Notes: generated by a model not told the origin, from the sequence alone. A stretch of DNA of 64,000 nucleotides from Balamuthia mandrillaris (GCA_031835245.2 JAVKOQ020000001.1:248001-312000); one strand, 5' to 3'. Numbered from the stretch's first letter, positions 51,249 to 62,796 are shown. Program-made: numbers and translations.

Positions 51249-51886
51249 TCTCTCTCCTCTCCTCTCTCTCCTCTCCTCTCCTCTCCTCTCCTCTCCTCTC
51301 CTCTCCCTCTCCTCTCCTCTCCTCCTCTCTCCTCTCCTCTCCTCTCCTCTCTCCTCTCTCTCCTCTCCTCTCCTCTCCTCTCCTCTCCTCTCCTCTCCTC
51401 TCCTCTCCTCTCCCTCTCCTCTCCTCCTCTCCTCTCCTCTCCTCTCCTCCTCTCCTCTCTCCTCTCCTCTCCTCTCCTCTCCTCTCCTCTCCTCTCCTCT
51501 CCCTGCATTAATTAAGGTGGTTTCATGGTCGCATTTCCAACATAGAAGCGAAGCAGAGATTAATGAACGAAACACCAGGTTCATTCCTGGTACGGTTCAG
51601 TGCCAGCAAGGACTGTCCTGGGGCCTTTGCTCTTGCCCACTTCTTGGGGGACGGCAAAGTAAACAACCTTCGCATCACACGCGATCTAGAAAGCACTCCT
51701 CCTGCCTTCCAGGTAGACGCCGAGCATCGCTTCTCTTCTCTTTGCGAAGCCATCGATGCGCTTCAAACACCACTTGGGCTGCAGAAGGCGTGCCCGGGTT
51801 CTTACTATTTTGCTATTTTTGCAGGAGTAAGTGCAGGTGGTGTGCCAACCTATGGAGTAATGCCCAAAGGCTTGCTTTATCAATAA
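47100..51886 (+). CDS. TKL-group kinase with C-terminal SH2 (SHK-like) and several N-terminal PH domains
   Basis: PH: KEGYLKKQG..KTWKKRWF..EEQEQW, plus further PH-like exons. Kinase: GDGCFGEV, VAVK, HRDLKSANLL, DFG, GTPLYMPPE. SH2: WFHGRIS..GSFLVRFS. Confidence 0.92.
51212..51503. repeat. (CT)n/(CCTCT)n intronic microsatellite
   Basis: Visible tandem repeat in the intron preceding the SH2 exon. Confidence 0.95.
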
Positions 51887-53078
51887 CTGTATCTGTGCAT
51901 TGTTTCACAAGAATGGCTGTCCTTCATTCTGTTATTGATCTGCTTACTCTCTTGCTCTTTATTCTCTTCTCTCTTCATGTGATCAAAACCAAAACGACAA
52001 ACAGAATAATATTTACTCTTACCTCTTGTGTAGCAAAAAGTCACGAAACAAAGAGAGCAACAGCCTCCGATAGCCCTCATTAACGTATGCCAAGTGCAAA
52101 ACAAATGTTTGCCCAATGAACAAGAAGGGAATGACGAATGTGGGTATGCCTGTAATTTCTCCCCCTTGTTGTTAAACAAGAATACCATTAGCGAGCCGTC
52201 ACACCTTCCTCAAACCCATGGAACCAACGGGATTGCTTGCTTTGCAAGGACGACTCCGCTACGTGTGGACGTGGTGCGTCAATACGACTCCTTTGACGCC
52301 GTCTTGGACAACCCGATGCCTTGGTTCTTCGAGGAGCTGCTCCATCCTCACCACTCGCAACCTGACCAGTAGTGGGCCTCCTGGAAAGGAGCACACGAAA
52401 CGGCACAAATGTCGCGTTGAGGATGAGGAGCCTCAACATTGGATGCAGGCAGCAGCCTGCGAAAGCTCTGGTTGTTAGCGATTTCTAATCAAGAAAAATC
52501 ATCTCGTCTCTTGAGCTTTGTACGGGTACCAAAGACCTTTCTCTTTTAGGTCTATTTGCTAAACTGGGCGAGGCGTCAGGAGTCTATATAGCAATAGCCT
52601 CAAGTTGAGTAAGTAAATACTGAGATAAAAAGGGGAAGCAATGCTTTTCCTTCTCTTTCTTGCCGCTTTGAGGCTATTTTTGATGAAGACTTTTCACGGG
52701 CACTTCCGTGGAAAAATACATTTACTCCTCAATATCTAGATGCGTATGTCGACCTACCGTGCTGCAGCAGAAAGAGCTCGACCTCACGCCACCATTCTTG
52801 GCCTCAAAGCACTGCAACAAAGGCAAGATGAATGTACAAGCAAATGGGTATGAAAACTACCTTCATACCATAAGAATGGCGAGGAAAGCCATAGAAACTT
52901 TCCAGCTACGTTCGTGAGGTTTTCCACCGCCTGAGACTTCATACTGGGTTCTACCCATGGAGTCCTTTGAAAACTTCTTCTCCTCCGCAACTATAAAGTT
53001 GACTGTTGTTGTTTCCCATCTCATTCCATCATCGACAATACACTAACAATACAAACAACAAGCATTACCAACAACGTG

Positions 53079-53843
53079 ATGAAGGTATTCACTGCTCTGC
53101 TTCTTCTTGGCTTGGTGGCCGTTGCCAGAGCCGGCAGAATGAACTACAACGCTGGAGACGTGGCCTACGATGGCGACGTCGTGACTTACGATGGCGGCGA
53201 TGTGGCTTACGATGGAGGAGACGTGGCCTACGATGGCGGCGACGTCGAGTACGATGGCGGTGATGTCATGTACGACGGCGGCGACGTCGACTATGATGGC
53301 GGAGATGTCACTTACGACGGAGGAGACGTCGAGTACGATGGCGGTGATGTCATGTACGACGGCGGCGATGTGGCCTACGATGGAGGAGACGTGACCTATG
53401 ATGGCGGCGACGTAGAGTACGACGGCGGCGATGTCATGTACGATGGCGGCGACGTGATGTATGACGGCGGTGATGTCACTTACGATGGCGGCGACGTTGA
53501 ATACGACGGAGGCGACGTGACCTATGACGGCGGCGACGTCGAGTACGATGGCGGTGATGTCATGTACGACGGCGGTGACGTTGAATACGACGGAGGCGAT
53601 GTGATGTACGACGGTGGCGACGTCGGGTACGATGGCGGTGATGTCGCTTACGACGGCGGTGATGTTGACTACGACGGTGGCGACGTGACCTATGACGGAG
53701 GGGACGTCGAGTACGACGGCGGTGATGTGACCTACGACGGAGGCGACGTGATGTACGACGGCGGTGACGTGGATTACGATGGTGGCGATGTTGCCTACGA
53801 TGGTAATGCCTACGACGGCGGCGACGTGGTGACCTATAAGTAA
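53079..53843 (+). CDS. Secreted acidic Tyr-rich heptad-repeat protein (YDGGDVx)n
   Basis: Signal peptide MKVFTALLLLGLVAVARA plus about 30 YDGGDVx units with synonymous variation; intronless. Confidence 0.9.
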   Translation: MKVFTALLLLGLVAVARAGRMNYNAGDVAYDGDVVTYDGGDVAYDGGDVAYDGGDVEYDGGDVMYDGGDVDYDGGDVTYDGGDVEYDGGDVMYDGGDVAYDGGDVTYDGGDVEYDGGDVMYDGGDVMYDGGDVTYDGGDVEYDGGDVTYDGGDVEYDGGDVMYDGGDVEYDGGDVMYDGGDVGYDGGDVAYDGGDVDYDGGDVTYDGGDVEYDGGDVTYDGGDVMYDGGDVDYDGGDVAYDGNAYDGGDVVTYK

Positions 53844-54037
53844 AAAAGAAAATATCACCCCCTCCCTTCCAACAACACTTGACGACCAAGTTCTTCTCTT
53901 CTTTGATGCAAAACTTGGAGCACCTTTTGTCGTCAATTTGAATACATTCGCACACGTCATTCTTCTGGTGTGCACCATTTTAGCTTTTTTTGTGTAGCAT
54001 TCAATTTTTTTTGGTGGGCAAAAGGGATACACCTTGC

Positions 54038-54057
54038 TAAGGTTAGGGTTAGCGGTT
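54038..54057 (+). repeat. Telomere-like motif upstream of TOP1
   Basis: TAAGGTTAGGGTTAGCGGTT; shares an exact 16-mer with 25528-25543. Confidence 0.55.
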
Positions 54058-54130
54058 GGTTTCAATTTCAGGATATTTTTTCCTAGAAAAAAATTGGTGT
54101 CACGATGTTCAAAAAAAAAGGAGGAGAGAA

Positions 54131-55996
54131 ATGGAAGCGGAGGAAGTGCAGCGGAAGTGGTGGTCGGACGAGCACCGGCTGCCAGAGGGAGCAAAGTGGC
54201 GAACCCTGGAGCACAACGGCGTGTTGTTCCCTCCGGCCTACCGGCCGCACGGCGCGAAGATGCTCTACGATGGCGAGCCGGTGGAGCTCACCGCTGAGCA
54301 GGAGGAAGTGGCCACGTTTTATGCGCAACACCTCGAGACCCTCCACAGCAAGCAGGAAGTCTTCAACCAGAACTTTTTCAAAGATTTTCGCAAGCTGCTC
54401 GAGTCCACGCCGCAGACCCACCAAAGAATAACAGAGTTTCACAAGTGCGACTTTGGTCCCATCCACCGCTTCCTCCAGCAACGCAAGGCGGAGCGGCTGA
54501 ACCGCAGCCGGGAGGAGAGGGAGAAAGAGAAGGAGGAGAGGCAGAGAGAGGTGGACCGCTATGGCTGGGCCTTGGTGGATGGGCACAAGCAAAAGGTTGG
54601 CAACTTTAGGGTGGAGCCGCCAGGCCTCTTCCTGGGCAGAGGCTCTCACCCAAAGGCCGGCCAGCTGAAGCAGCGCGTTCAACCGGAAGACGTCACCCTC
54701 AACCTGGGAAGAGAGGCTAAAGTGCCAGCGTGCCCCATAGCAGGCCACGCCTGGGGAGCGATGGTGCACAACAACCAGGTGTCTTGGTTGGCCTGTTGGA
54801 AGGAGAACATCAGCGGAGCCTACAAATACGTGTGGCTGGCGCCGAGCTCCCGCACCAAAGGCATGGCCGACATGAAGAAGTTTGAGAATGCGCGCAGGTT
54901 GTGCAAGCACATCCACCAGATCAGAAGGACCTACCAGCGAGAGATGCAGGCCAAGGAGAAGCTGGTACGGCAGAGAGCCACCGCCGTTTGGCTCGTGGAC
55001 CGCCTGGCCCTCCGAGTGGGCAACGAGAAGGGGGATGACCAACCCGAGACCGTCGGGTGCTGCTCTCTCCGGGCGGAGCACGTCAAGCTGAAAGAGCCGA
55101 ACGTCCTCAAGTTGGACTTTTTGGGCAAGGACTCGCTGCGCTACAAGATCTCTGTGGTGGTGCCTAAGCAGGTCTTTCTCAACGTTAGGCTGTTCTTGAA
55201 GGGCAAGAAGCCCTCCGAAGCCCTCTTTGACCACCTCACCGCCACCAACCTCAACTCCTATCTCCAGGCTCAAATGAAGAGCCTCACCGCCAAACTCTTT
55301 CGGATCTACAACGCCTCCATTACCCTCGAAAAGGCGCTGGCCGAGCCCATCGAGCCTGAAGCCACCGTAGCTGAGAAGCTGCTCTTCTACAACAGGGCCA
55401 ACAAAGAGGTTGCCATCCTTTGTAACCATCGCAGATCCGTTCCTTCTCACTACGCCAATCAGATGGAACGCCTGAAGGAGAAGAAGCAGGCGCTCCTCGC
55501 TGAAAAGGAGGAGTTGGAGAGAAGAAGAAAGGAAGGAACGGTGGACAGCGAAAGGGCCATATCTGCCATCACCAGGCTTGACGCGCGGATACACGCCTGC
55601 GAGCTCCGTGTGACGGAGAAGGAGGAGCTCAAGACTGTGGCCCTCGGCACTTCCAAGGTCAACTACCTGGACCCACGTATCACCGCGGCTTGGTGCAAGC
55701 GCGTTGGCGTCCCTATCGAGAAGCTCTTCAACAAGACGCTGATAGACAAGTTCTGTTGGGCCATGGATGTGGATGCCAACTGGACCTTCCATCCCGATGG
55801 TCTGGCTGCTTATGGTGCCAAGGAAGAGGACGAAGCAGAAGACGAAAGCAAGTGCGGTGCCTCCTCCGCATCTGTTGAATCCGATGGCGGCAAGGATGAG
55901 ACCATGACCGAACGAGGAGCAGAGGAAGAGTGTTATGCAGACGAAGAGATACAAGAGGCCCAAGAGAATGAGCAGAAGGAAGAGGCACAGTTGTGA
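54131..55996 (+). CDS. TOP1: DNA topoisomerase IB (eukaryotic type), intronless, lacking the N-terminal domain
   Basis: KW.TLEHNGV.FPP, GNFRVEPPGLF.GRG.HPK, and the catalytic pentad in ALRVGNEK, FLGKDS, KLFRIYNAS, LCNH, SKVNYLDPRI. Confidence 0.97.
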   Translation: MEAEEVQRKWWSDEHRLPEGAKWRTLEHNGVLFPPAYRPHGAKMLYDGEPVELTAEQEEVATFYAQHLETLHSKQEVFNQNFFKDFRKLLESTPQTHQRITEFHKCDFGPIHRFLQQRKAERLNRSREEREKEKEERQREVDRYGWALVDGHKQKVGNFRVEPPGLFLGRGSHPKAGQLKQRVQPEDVTLNLGREAKVPACPIAGHAWGAMVHNNQVSWLACWKENISGAYKYVWLAPSSRTKGMADMKKFENARRLCKHIHQIRRTYQREMQAKEKLVRQRATAVWLVDRLALRVGNEKGDDQPETVGCCSLRAEHVKLKEPNVLKLDFLGKDSLRYKISVVVPKQVFLNVRLFLKGKKPSEALFDHLTATNLNSYLQAQMKSLTAKLFRIYNASITLEKALAEPIEPEATVAEKLLFYNRANKEVAILCNHRRSVPSHYANQMERLKEKKQALLAEKEELERRRKEGTVDSERAISAITRLDARIHACELRVTEKEELKTVALGTSKVNYLDPRITAAWCKRVGVPIEKLFNKTLIDKFCWAMDVDANWTFHPDGLAAYGAKEEDEAEDESKCGASSASVESDGGKDETMTERGAEEECYADEEIQEAQENEQKEEAQL

Positions 55997-56140
55997 ATAA
56001 TAAACCGTCCTTTCGAGTAGCAGATCGAAGACTTGGGGGGGGGGGCCCCCCCCCCCCCCAGGGTATAGTAACGCATCCTTCTCCTTCTGACTTCTTTTCT
56101 TCTTTTCTTTTTTGCAAAACCGAGTAGCGGGAAGCAGGAG

Positions 56141-57025
56141 ATGAGGAGGGACCAGCCCAGCGCACGACCACAGCGGGAGGGGTTCGCTACCATTTCACGT
56201 TACTCTCCTTCGCTCTACATGCATCAAGGCCGCTACTCACTTTCGGTACTGAAACTTTTGCTTTTTTTTCTTCTTTCTTCCTGTTCTTGTTCTTCTTCCT
56301 CTTCCTCTTCTTCTGCTTCTTCTGCTTCTTCTGCTTCTTCTGCTTCTCCTCCTTCTCCATCTAGTTGTTCATTTTCGAGCATGCAGCAGGAAAGAGTGGA
56401 GGCCTTCCGTGTGGCTGCAACACCCGCCGAAGTGGCGTCAATGCAAGGCCGCTGCTACTCGGGGCCGAGTGTAGACGCCTCGCCTTGCCGCGCTACTTGT
56501 TGTGTCTTTGCAGGATGCTCCACCTCGAACTACGGCCACCCCTTCGGAACGCAGCAACCTTTGCTTGAACGCCACGAGCATGCAACCGAACCGAGCAGCA
56601 GGGTACAGCAGACCCATCCCTTTGAAGAGGAACGCGCCAAGAGGGCAATGTTCTCCACGCTTTATTACTTTGTGGGTGGAAGCACTTCGAAGGAGACCAA
56701 GAGGAAGAGGTCCTCATCATCTAACGACAACCAAGACCCTCACTATGGATCTACAGCATCAACAACTCAGAGGGGGAGAAAGTGGCCCTACTCCGAAGAT
56801 GCTCAACCGCAACCGCTACAACAAGACAACGATAACGAGAGCAGAAAGATAAGAAGACGAGCCTTTCCAGGCCACTACGGCGACGAGGAGCTTCCACCAC
56901 CGGCGCTTCCTCTGAGCTCGGATCCCACTGGAGTGCCCCAATGGGAGGGACGCCTATCCATTGGCGCTGGCTTGAGGTATCGAAACGTACGCAACAGCAG
57001 CGAACACACAGGCCTGTGGAGATGA
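56141..57025 (+). CDS. Hypothetical low-complexity protein (true start may be the ATG at 56381)
   Basis: Long ORF ending LSIGAGLRYRNVR. Confidence 0.45.
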   Translation: MRRDQPSARPQREGFATISRYSPSLYMHQGRYSLSVLKLLLFFLLSSCSCSSSSSSSSASSASSASSASPPSPSSCSFSSMQQERVEAFRVAATPAEVASMQGRCYSGPSVDASPCRATCCVFAGCSTSNYGHPFGTQQPLLERHEHATEPSSRVQQTHPFEEERAKRAMFSTLYYFVGGSTSKETKRKRSSSSNDNQDPHYGSTASTTQRGRKWPYSEDAQPQPLQQDNDNESRKIRRRAFPGHYGDEELPPPALPLSSDPTGVPQWEGRLSIGAGLRYRNVRNSSEHTGLWR

Positions 57026-57592
57026 GCTGGTGGCATATCAGGGTTAACGCCCAAGCAGATGCTTTTTTTTCCCCCCCTCTTTCAACGCTCTCCCCCCTTG
57101 CATATCAACTTGCTACCACCCCGGTGTAGTGCTTTCGATCGCCAAATCTATAGCACAACCCTCTGTCTCTCTGCCCATTGGGCAGAACAGAGATGGAAAG
57201 TTGGCAGAAACTCTCACTTTACTTTTTTGCAGCGTGGAGCTGTTTGTCCCAAACCTCGCCACAACTCTTCCACACAAGGACCATGAAACTTCTTCGGTGC
57301 GTCAAACCCTGGTGTTATCCTCATGGTGCAGGTGTTTACTAACCATTGCGTTGGAGGGATCTTGTTTTCCCTCTTAGGCTTGCAGCTCATTGCTCCCCAC
57401 TTTCCATGACCGGGTCGCCGCACAGAATAAGGAAAGCAGGAGAGGTTGTACTCCGGTTTTTGCACCAAGTGTCGGAATATCTCCCATGCCTGCTTCATAG
57501 AGATGAAGGGCTCTGTCCATGGGTATGGTTTTTTTCTGTTCCATCCATTTTTTTTTTTCACTCTACCAACCCAAACACCTCACAAACACAAG

Positions 57593-58425
57593 ATGGACAT
57601 GCCGCCTGCTTATCTTAGCTTTTACTCTCCACAGATGAAAGCGCAGCAAAGCACTGCCCAGGTAAATTAATCATTAAGCATTATTAAACCTTTTGTTCCC
57701 ACTACTAGTTCACATTGCTGACCGTAAAAATATCCAAAAAAAAAAAGGATGAAGTCCTGGCACCACCGCCATCCTTTACCGGTCTTGCTTGCCTCTTTGT
57801 CGAAGGGCACGCAGGACCCTACTCTCCTCCACAAACGCCAAACTTCGGAGTTCCATTCGAGATGCAGGAAGAAGATTTCGCTGCTGCGTTTGATCCCCAG
57901 CGACAACAGCAACCACAGCCCCAAACTAGTTTCTACGTTGCGAAGCAGGAGCTTTCTTCTCCCCCCTATCAGACTCCTGTTTGTTTGTCCAACGAAATGC
58001 AGCTCCCAAGAAGCAACGAAAGCGTAATCTTCTATCTGCAAAGGGACCCCCACCCTGCCGCAAACAACTTCTACCCGTCACCACCGCGAAGACCTGAACA
58101 TGAACAGCCCGCCCACACGTCGGCATCTTACGGTCGTCTCAATGATCGCCACGAGAGAACTTTCCACGAGACCATTCAATACCGTCGCTCCTCTTACGTT
58201 ATTCCTATTACGAAGAAGAAGAAGAAGAAGAAAACCTCTCGCCACCAACGCGTTGATAGACAGAACTTGCAGAGTTGGGTCGAGGATTGCAAAGCCTTTG
58301 CGCCCGCCCAAAAACTCGTTGGGAATAAAGCCAGCTTGGACGTGGGCGGTGGGCTGCGCTACGCCAGGCCACGCCGCAACAAACAGAACCAAGCAGGGTG
58401 CAGTCATTGCACTTCCCCATATTGA
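57593..58425 (+). CDS. Hypothetical P/Q-rich protein with poly-Lys tract
   Basis: Two exons (CAG|gtaaat ... aag|GAT); ends LDVGGGLRYARPR..CSHC. Confidence 0.55.
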
Positions 58426-58519
58426 AGAAGGCAGAGAATGTTTTTATCGTGTAAATAGATTGGAGTGGTCCAAATTAATTAATATTTTCCCTCAATGGTC
58501 GTTTCAAATGGCGATCGCT

Positions 58520-60460
58520 CTACCCATCGCGCAAGTGTACTCTGCACATCCATGAGTCAGGTATGACCTGTTCGGGTCTGATCTTCCTTCGCGTTCGTGC
58601 GCTGCTCACGAACATAAAGTCTCCGGATATCATCTGGCCTTCTTTGGGCACCGTAATGTTCCTGAAGAATACTGCAGTTGTGGCTTTGGAACAAAAAAAA
58701 CGAAAGCTGTTAACTATTTTTGCCAAAAGGCAAAGTCGAACAATGAAGCAACAAACCGTCCATTGGAAGGGGCACTTTACGCAAGTACGACCAACAAGTG
58801 GCACCTCCACAAAAAGGTGCAAACTCCAGTGTAGTGTCGATGTGCCGCTGTCATATTAAACACAAAAAAAAATCGCAAAGATAAGAGGAACATGAAGAAG
58901 AAAGGCTTGTGTTAAGATAGGACCTTTTTGTTTTCCCGTCCACCAGGAATTATTAGCCGGTCATTGGCAACGACGAGACCAGACTCCACGTGTGAACGGG
59001 CGGCCGGAATGCTCTCCTCTTTTTCCCATCGTTCTGATTCCAAGTCGTACCGCTCCACCAGATCCAAGTCCGTCATATCCCCATCGTGTCCTTGCTGCCC
59101 ACCTATTGCGTAGAAGCTATCTCTAATGTACACCGCCTTGGCGCACAGATTAGTAGTCTCCTATAGCCAAAAGAAGCGCCAGGGAGAAGGTATTCTGTAC
59201 CTGAAAATGATTGCGTTTCGTCGGGATGGGCTGAGGAAGTAACGTCCAGTCTCTGGGAAACCGGTGAGAATAAAAAGGTGGAAGAGAGAGGGAGAGAGGG
59301 AGAGAGAGAGTGAGGGAGAGGGAGAGAGAGAAATTAACATATGACCCCAGGAAGCAGCCTCAGAGACATCCAGGACTAGGTGTTCTGCCAGATCCGTTTG
59401 ACGATCGACCAAAAGGCCACCCATCATATGAAGTCTTCCTCCAACAGGATCATAAACAAATGCGCTTGACGCCCTTGCCTGTTTTATAATTTTTGTTGCA
59501 AAAATAACGTGTCAACATTCTTTGGTAAAGCGTGGTTACCCTGTGGTTAAGCCGATGATGAGCTGAAACCTACTACAGGAAGGTCTGGACCGCGATGCCA
59601 TTGGTTTTGCAGCGCATCATATCTCCATGACTGGTTTAAAAGGGTAGTAGAAGAACACAATGAACAAAGGATAGAAGAAGCGGAACCGGAGCCGGAACAT
59701 AAGTGAATTCGCGAAGATGGAGCACTTTCGAGTCAATGAGGGAAGAGAGAAGAGAGAGAGCAAGAGAGAAACTTGGGAAATGCACAGAGGAGAGAACAGG
59801 ACCACGGGAAAATGAGAGGAGAACAGGAAGAGCATAGACAACGTGTTAGGTTACCTGATTGGTCGCGAGCCCAGGTGAGTTTCCCACAAAGCCACCAGCA
59901 ATCCAAAGGTACCGCTCCCCATCTGTTGCTCCTTGGCAATGACTGACAGCTAAGGGAGCTTCCTTGCCGTCCCTCCAACTGTCTGTCAAAGGATCGTATA
60001 TGTAAAGACTGCTAGTAGCCTGATACGCGCTAAAGTTATATCCTCCAAAAGAGTACATCCGGTTATTTATATTTACTACGGCCCCTACAGAGAATGTCAG
60101 TGTTATACAGAGAAAGAAAAGGTTGCTTGGACCTTCGATGTGAGATGTTCTAGGAGGTGTGCGTGGGAACCAAGGACCCAAGACGTTTCCTATCCGGCCG
60201 GAGGAGAAGCAAAGAGCGAAAGTAAGCGAAGAGAAGTGAGAAGAAGTCAGCCAGGCAGGATGGTTTTTCTTCAAAAATGTAAAGACCTTACTGTACCCGC
60301 ATCGCCGATAATGAACCAGCTCTCCAAAACCACCAGAAACAGAAAGCCGAAGCACGTTGTGGGTACGTTCATGCTATGCTCTTCGTTGCAGAGAGAAGCG
60401 AGCGGTATCATTTTTGTGGACATTTCCCTTGTTTGCGCAGCTGAACGAAACGACATAGTT
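58520..60460 (-). CDS. Kelch-repeat beta-propeller protein
   Basis: Repeats MYSFGG..YDPLTDSW, LWIAGG, LHMMGG, RNHF, FYAIGG..RYDLESERW, IIPGG across multiple exons. Start uncertain. Confidence 0.85.
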
Positions 60461-60519
60461 ATCATAAAACAATAAAGAAAAAAAGTGGTAAAAAGGTACA
60501 AAGCAAACGCGTTTTATAT

Positions 60520-61985
60520 TTACAGTCCTCCTATTCTTTTGCTTTCCTCCAGGTCTTCTTTTTCTGACGAGGTGAGTGCCGCTCCATCCAATGTCTCCAT
60601 GGGAATGCCTTTGCGCTCCTTTTTGGAACGTCTGGAAGGGGTTCTTCTGGTGTTGGACCTCCCTGAGTTGACGCTCGAGCGCGTCGTGCCGGTGATAGTC
60701 TGCTTGTAGAACTTAAACCACTCTGTGCTCACGAATGTGAAGAACAACAGCAATCCTTATTTTTGTGCATTTTGGTTGGTTTGTCGGTTAGAACAGCCAG
60801 AAAAGTCAGCAAAAAACGAACTTACCAAGACAAGAGATACCGACGGAACGTAGCACAACTAAAGGAAAGTTGGCCACCTCTTCATCCAACTCACAGTCAT
60901 CGCGCGACATTCCGAATTGAGCCGAAAGAAAGAGACACGTCAAGTATTCGTTGTATCCATCTGCCACGGTCTCTTTCGAGTTCTCCACTTTAATGGAATA
61001 GGCAAAGATGAACGTATAGACCAGCATGAAGACCAACACGAAGCAGCTCACTCGAATGTTGCTGTGAAAGAGATCCATGCGGTTCGTTTTGAGGCAGACG
61101 TAAAAGATTTTGATGATACAGCAGAGAAAGCTGATAGTGCCAAAGAGCAAACAGAAACTGAATGGAGCCACCCATAAAAGCCAAAAGTAAACATCACCAT
61201 CTGCGTGTGTGCTTACAAAACAGCTGACAATGATACGCTAGAGTTAACAAAGAAAGGAGAAGGAAAAAGGAGAAGAGCAGAAGAAGAAGATGATGATGAA
61301 CAAGAAGAACAAGAAGAAGAAGAACCGAAGATAGCATACAATGTATCAGCAGAAGTAAACCCTATCTTGTTGGCGGCAGCAGGAATAAGAGCAAACAAGA
61401 AAGAAAGCCCCCACGCCAAGGGGTGCATTACTAATTGGAACTTCACGTGTAAGTTTGCTTTAAAGTTATCGGGAATCAAAGCTAACATATAAAGCTGTCC
61501 ATAAAAGTTAACGTGATAACATTTGTCGTACAAAACTGTGAACAAACCTGAATGAGCATGTTCAAAGAGATCGCAAACCACCAAAAAGTTGCTGCTAATG
61601 TTCCAAACATTAACAAAAAACCTTTTGGACAGAAGAATTTAGGCTTGGAACACTATGAAGAGCAAAAACAAATCGAACCTTGTAAGGTGCATAATGGGCT
61701 CTGAACATACAAAGCATCCGCGTTGGTAACGCTGACCGAAGGGTGCGAACTCGAATTGTCAATCGCGACATCCAAAGCATATACTTCATCTCCGCACCAA
61801 ACGTCTTCCTCTCCGATCATGGTGGCCAGACATAAAGCTCCAGCCGCTATATTGGCTGACAGTGCTGACATCATAATCAAGTTTGCTGGAAAACGTCTCA
61901 GTTTTCGGTTTAAACCATAGGTTATCACCAAAAGAGATGTTGCTGCCTTTAGTTTGTTCATTTTAGAAACTTACGAAGATGGTTG

Positions 61986-62030
<45 letters not shown>

Positions 62031-62796
62031 AAATTACAAGAGACAACCAAGCAATGACAGCTTGTGCGATCTTCACAGCCTCATACTGCTCATCCGTCAA
62101 GGAGGGCAGAGGGCATCTGAATCCACAACCAAGACTATCCCCACTTTTCACATTCACAAGTGGCTCTTCACAACCAATTGCTTCAGCTCTGCCTTTATCA
62201 GGAGCGCTGCATTGAAGAGTTAAGTTGCTTAAAGTGGTGAAATTCTGTGTCTCTGAGAAGAAGGGCTCGTCGTTCGTCCAGTGATCGGTCTCGTTGCACT
62301 TGGGGGAAGTCACCATGTCTCTATAGGGAAGAAACATGATTATCCCTGTGGATACCCCTACTCTAAACTTTTCTCCACATTCATCTTCTTTTGGCAAAAC
62401 AGAGAAATACGTGTTAACAAAGTGGAGGAATCATAGAGGAAGTGAAAGTTTAACGAACCAAGCTCATGACAAAGGTATTCACAGGGTCGAACAGGCCAAG
62501 CGTATGTCTCTGTTTATAAAGTAATAGACTTTAAGACTTGGAGAAAATAAGAGGTAGAAACGACGAATAGATCACCAGTTTCCGTTACAACACAACGACG
62601 GAAATGAGTGGCACAACCAGCTTTCGACAATGCCTCTCTGCACGTTTGATTCAATGTAACTCCTGAGGTAACGCCCGCATTAACCAAGTCTCCCAGACGA
62701 TTGACAAGAAAATCCCATGTAACATCGCCTGGAATGAATATTGGTGTTCCCTCTTTTGTTTAATTTGTTCGTTAACAATAGAAACAAAATAGAGCG

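Noticed and set aside
51900..52950. Possible small gene between the kinase and the repeat protein
   Set aside because: Only short ORFs, with no convincing start or homology.
53148..53835. 21-bp periodic repeat as a possible CRISPR array
   Set aside because: No unique spacers; it is a coding tandem repeat in a eukaryotic gene.
53043..54194. 383-aa hydrophobic repeat ORF on the minus strand
   Set aside because: Antisense reading of the YDGGDV repeats; the plus frame has the signal peptide and the synonymous variation.
54083..55963. 626-aa antisense ORF over TOP1
   Set aside because: Shadow ORF expected from the GC-rich codon bias of TOP1; no recognisable motifs.
53079..58425. Repeat protein + TOP1 + orphans as an integrated virus or mobile element
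   Set aside because: No capsid, integrase, polymerase, terminal repeats or target-site duplication identified; the components are reported individually.
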